A program made the translations under genes and the position numbers. The notes under the pieces are model-generated. The model made no database searches. It was not told the origin of the DNA and saw nothing but the letters and a program-made list of their open reading frames with translations. Source: Heterodontus francisci (taxonomy: Eukaryota). From it: a DNA stretch of 64,000 bases. The DNA is taken from contig NC_090374.1 of assembly GCF_036365525.1 (NCBI RefSeq), positions 195,925,037-195,989,036 on the forward strand, read 5' to 3'. Of this stretch, positions 61,621 through 64,000 are shown piece after piece (positions within the stretch are counted from its first letter, which is position 1; each line of letters opens with the position of its first letter).

Positions 61621-64000
61621 TTCTCTCTCTCAAAACTCTGCTTTAGAGTTAAGCTACAGATCACCCATGATTTAGGTAAATGGCAGAACAGGCACGAAAG
61701 ACTGAATGGTGTATTCCTGTTCTTATGTTCCTTTTACTAAATAGCAGTGGGAGGATTCTTTAATTACAGTAAACATTCAGTCCTCCCACTCCTGATGTCA
61801 CGCGTCACCCGACTCTGCCCACCACTGTCATTTGTTTCAAGCTAAAGTTGAAGTTATTTTTGGAGTTTATTATTAGTTCTATTTCTTTCTTGTTTCCTGG
61901 GAACTTTACCCACCTGTCAGCATTCCTTTTTGCTTCCCAGCATGAATCTATGGTCTCCCCGACCATTCTTCAGCTCCCCTCTCCTCATCTTTCACTGCCA
62001 TATTCCTCAGCTCCAATTACTATCAGGTAATTGTTGCAGCCTCTGGTATCTTGTCACGTCTCCTCCCCACCCAACGCCCACTCTTCTTCGCTGGTACCAG
62101 CCACCACATTCACCGACTTCCACTCCCTTCCAATCCAGCATGCAACCTTTACCATGCTCTAATATCCACCCTTTTGTCAGCTATTCTTCCAGGATCCAGA
62201 GCTCATTTCTCTTTGTTGGTTCTGACCCTGCCTTACCTCCCAATCTAGTTCCATTTCCTTCCGAAACAGACCATCCATGAAACACTGTGCCTTCAGCAAT
62301 TAAAATCTGAAGTGTGGCTAAAGTTGCCACTGGTAGCCAGAAACCAATTTAAGGGTATTTCAAAAGTTTACTGTGGCTAATGGCCTGAAGATGAATCACC
62401 AGGCTCTTGAGAAATATTACTTACTAGGGTCAAGAAGCTCCCAACCACCCCTCCCACAGTACAGGATGTAGTTTCAAGTTAATTCCGTCAGTCTTACTCC
62501 CAAACTCACTCTTACCCCAACTAGATCTGCCCCACCTCTTCTGTTCTTCCATGTTTGCCAGTACTTGTCACTGGTAGACCATAGACCCCACTGTCATTTG
62601 AAATTTCAAAACACCTGCCCTACCCCTTATAGCCCCCTTCTTGAATCTGCTTGACACCACACTGTGTCACAAAAACTGCATACCACCTCAAATGCTTGTT
62701 CCATTTAGTACAAACAGGTATTTGAACATACCCATGGATCTTTTCCTGACTGACAATGTTAGTTCTGGTACAGTGTCCAACTTAATTTTCTTTATTCACT
62801 TCCCACTCAAAGTCTAATGGATCTTTGGGACAATTAGGATATAAATTATTCACTAAGCTAAAATTATGCTGTACAATATTACAGGCAAACATCTAACACA
62901 TTTATCTGAAATTCCACTCTGTAGAATTGCAAAATATAATGCTACCACAAAACATTCCTTTGATGCACTGGATAAAATAATAAATCTAGTAAAATATAAT
63001 AATGTAATAAAGATTTATCTTCTCAACATCACGAGCACAACTAACAAGAAACTTGATCTTCCCTCAGTTACAGCTTATCAAAAGAAAGCATTAATCAGCA
63101 GATAATTGCATAATTGACCAATCATCTTCTCATCAGGATTATTATTATGGACAGGGTGCACTACCTATAAATGAATTTGATCTGATTGTTTTGTTTCCAC
63201 AGAAGAGTGCTGGCATTGTTTTGATATTAAAACAAACAGTAATATATTATTCCAAGTGGCATGAACAGAGGCAGAATGACATGACAAAAGATTAATAGGG
63301 AATGCGAGATTGCACAGCCAAGGTGTAATGCATTGCCATATCCACACTATGTGGCACACTGAATATATTCATTCCAAAATTTGTTTTTGTTGTGTACAAA
63401 ATAATGTTCCAGAAAAACCAATGCATTACTTGGACTTTTGCATTGGCTGGACACCCAGCAAAAGATTATTCATATAATTATCGCAGCAATCATACATCCA
63501 GGTTTTTAAATCTAACATTTGATGACGTATTCCAGATTTTACATTAAATAGGCTCATCTGTACTAAAACACTTTTTTTTTTAAGCCAGCATGTCAATGGC
63601 AGCTGACTGGTGATACTCCTGTCAGTTCCAAAGCATATGGCAAATACCATTTGGAAAAATGTGTTTTGTCAAGATCAACTGTACTGTTACAGAATGCATT
63701 GTGCTTCACTGACAGTACATCATGCCTGCAAATGCTGCAAAAGTTTCATCACTGACCTACTGAAAATATGAGCCTGTCTTCTGGAAGTTATCTTCAAATA
63801 ATGATTCAGTTTTAAAATAATGCATATCCTTATTCTCAAACTTGTGCAGCATCACCTCTTCAATCATTCAGAATGCTTTGTGGAATTCGCATTGATTAAA
63901 AAGTTTACCATTTTGGCAATGACGTGGTGGGGGCAGTGTGCGGTGTGGAGGGAAAGATGATTCATTTTCAGCTGAATTGCTTAATAAGCAGAACAGTGCA

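Overview
Eukaryotic, repeat-dominated DNA, most consistent with an intronic or intergenic region of a cartilaginous-fish (shark) genome. That assignment is an inference from the mix of CR1 LINEs with SGNH-esterase ORF1, V-domain (HE1-like) SINEs, Deu-domain SINEs, L2 and Penelope fragments. I could not recognise an intact host gene. Nearly all ORFs in the track are broken pieces of retroelement ORFs or antisense noise. The window holds about 15 CR1 copies or fragments, 5 L2 fragments, a second CR1-superfamily LINE, an RTE fragment, 3 SINE superfamilies, about 8 solo LTRs (several with 4-bp TSDs) and 2 Penelope families. The most notable structures are: (i) minimal hammerhead-ribozyme motifs in Penelope 3' ends, including a 140-bp ribozyme-only insertion with a 12-bp TSD; (ii) a complete fossil two-gene Harbinger transposon (DDE transposase plus a spliced Myb/SANT gene) with related MITEs; (iii) two copies of an unclassified non-autonomous element with 9-bp TSDs and inverted repeats offset 12 nt from both ends (Mutator-like); (iv) three SINE-LINE 3'-tail partnerships visible within the window; (v) a 27-nt templated inverted patch. 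Boundaries were read by eye and are approximate unless a TSD is quoted.
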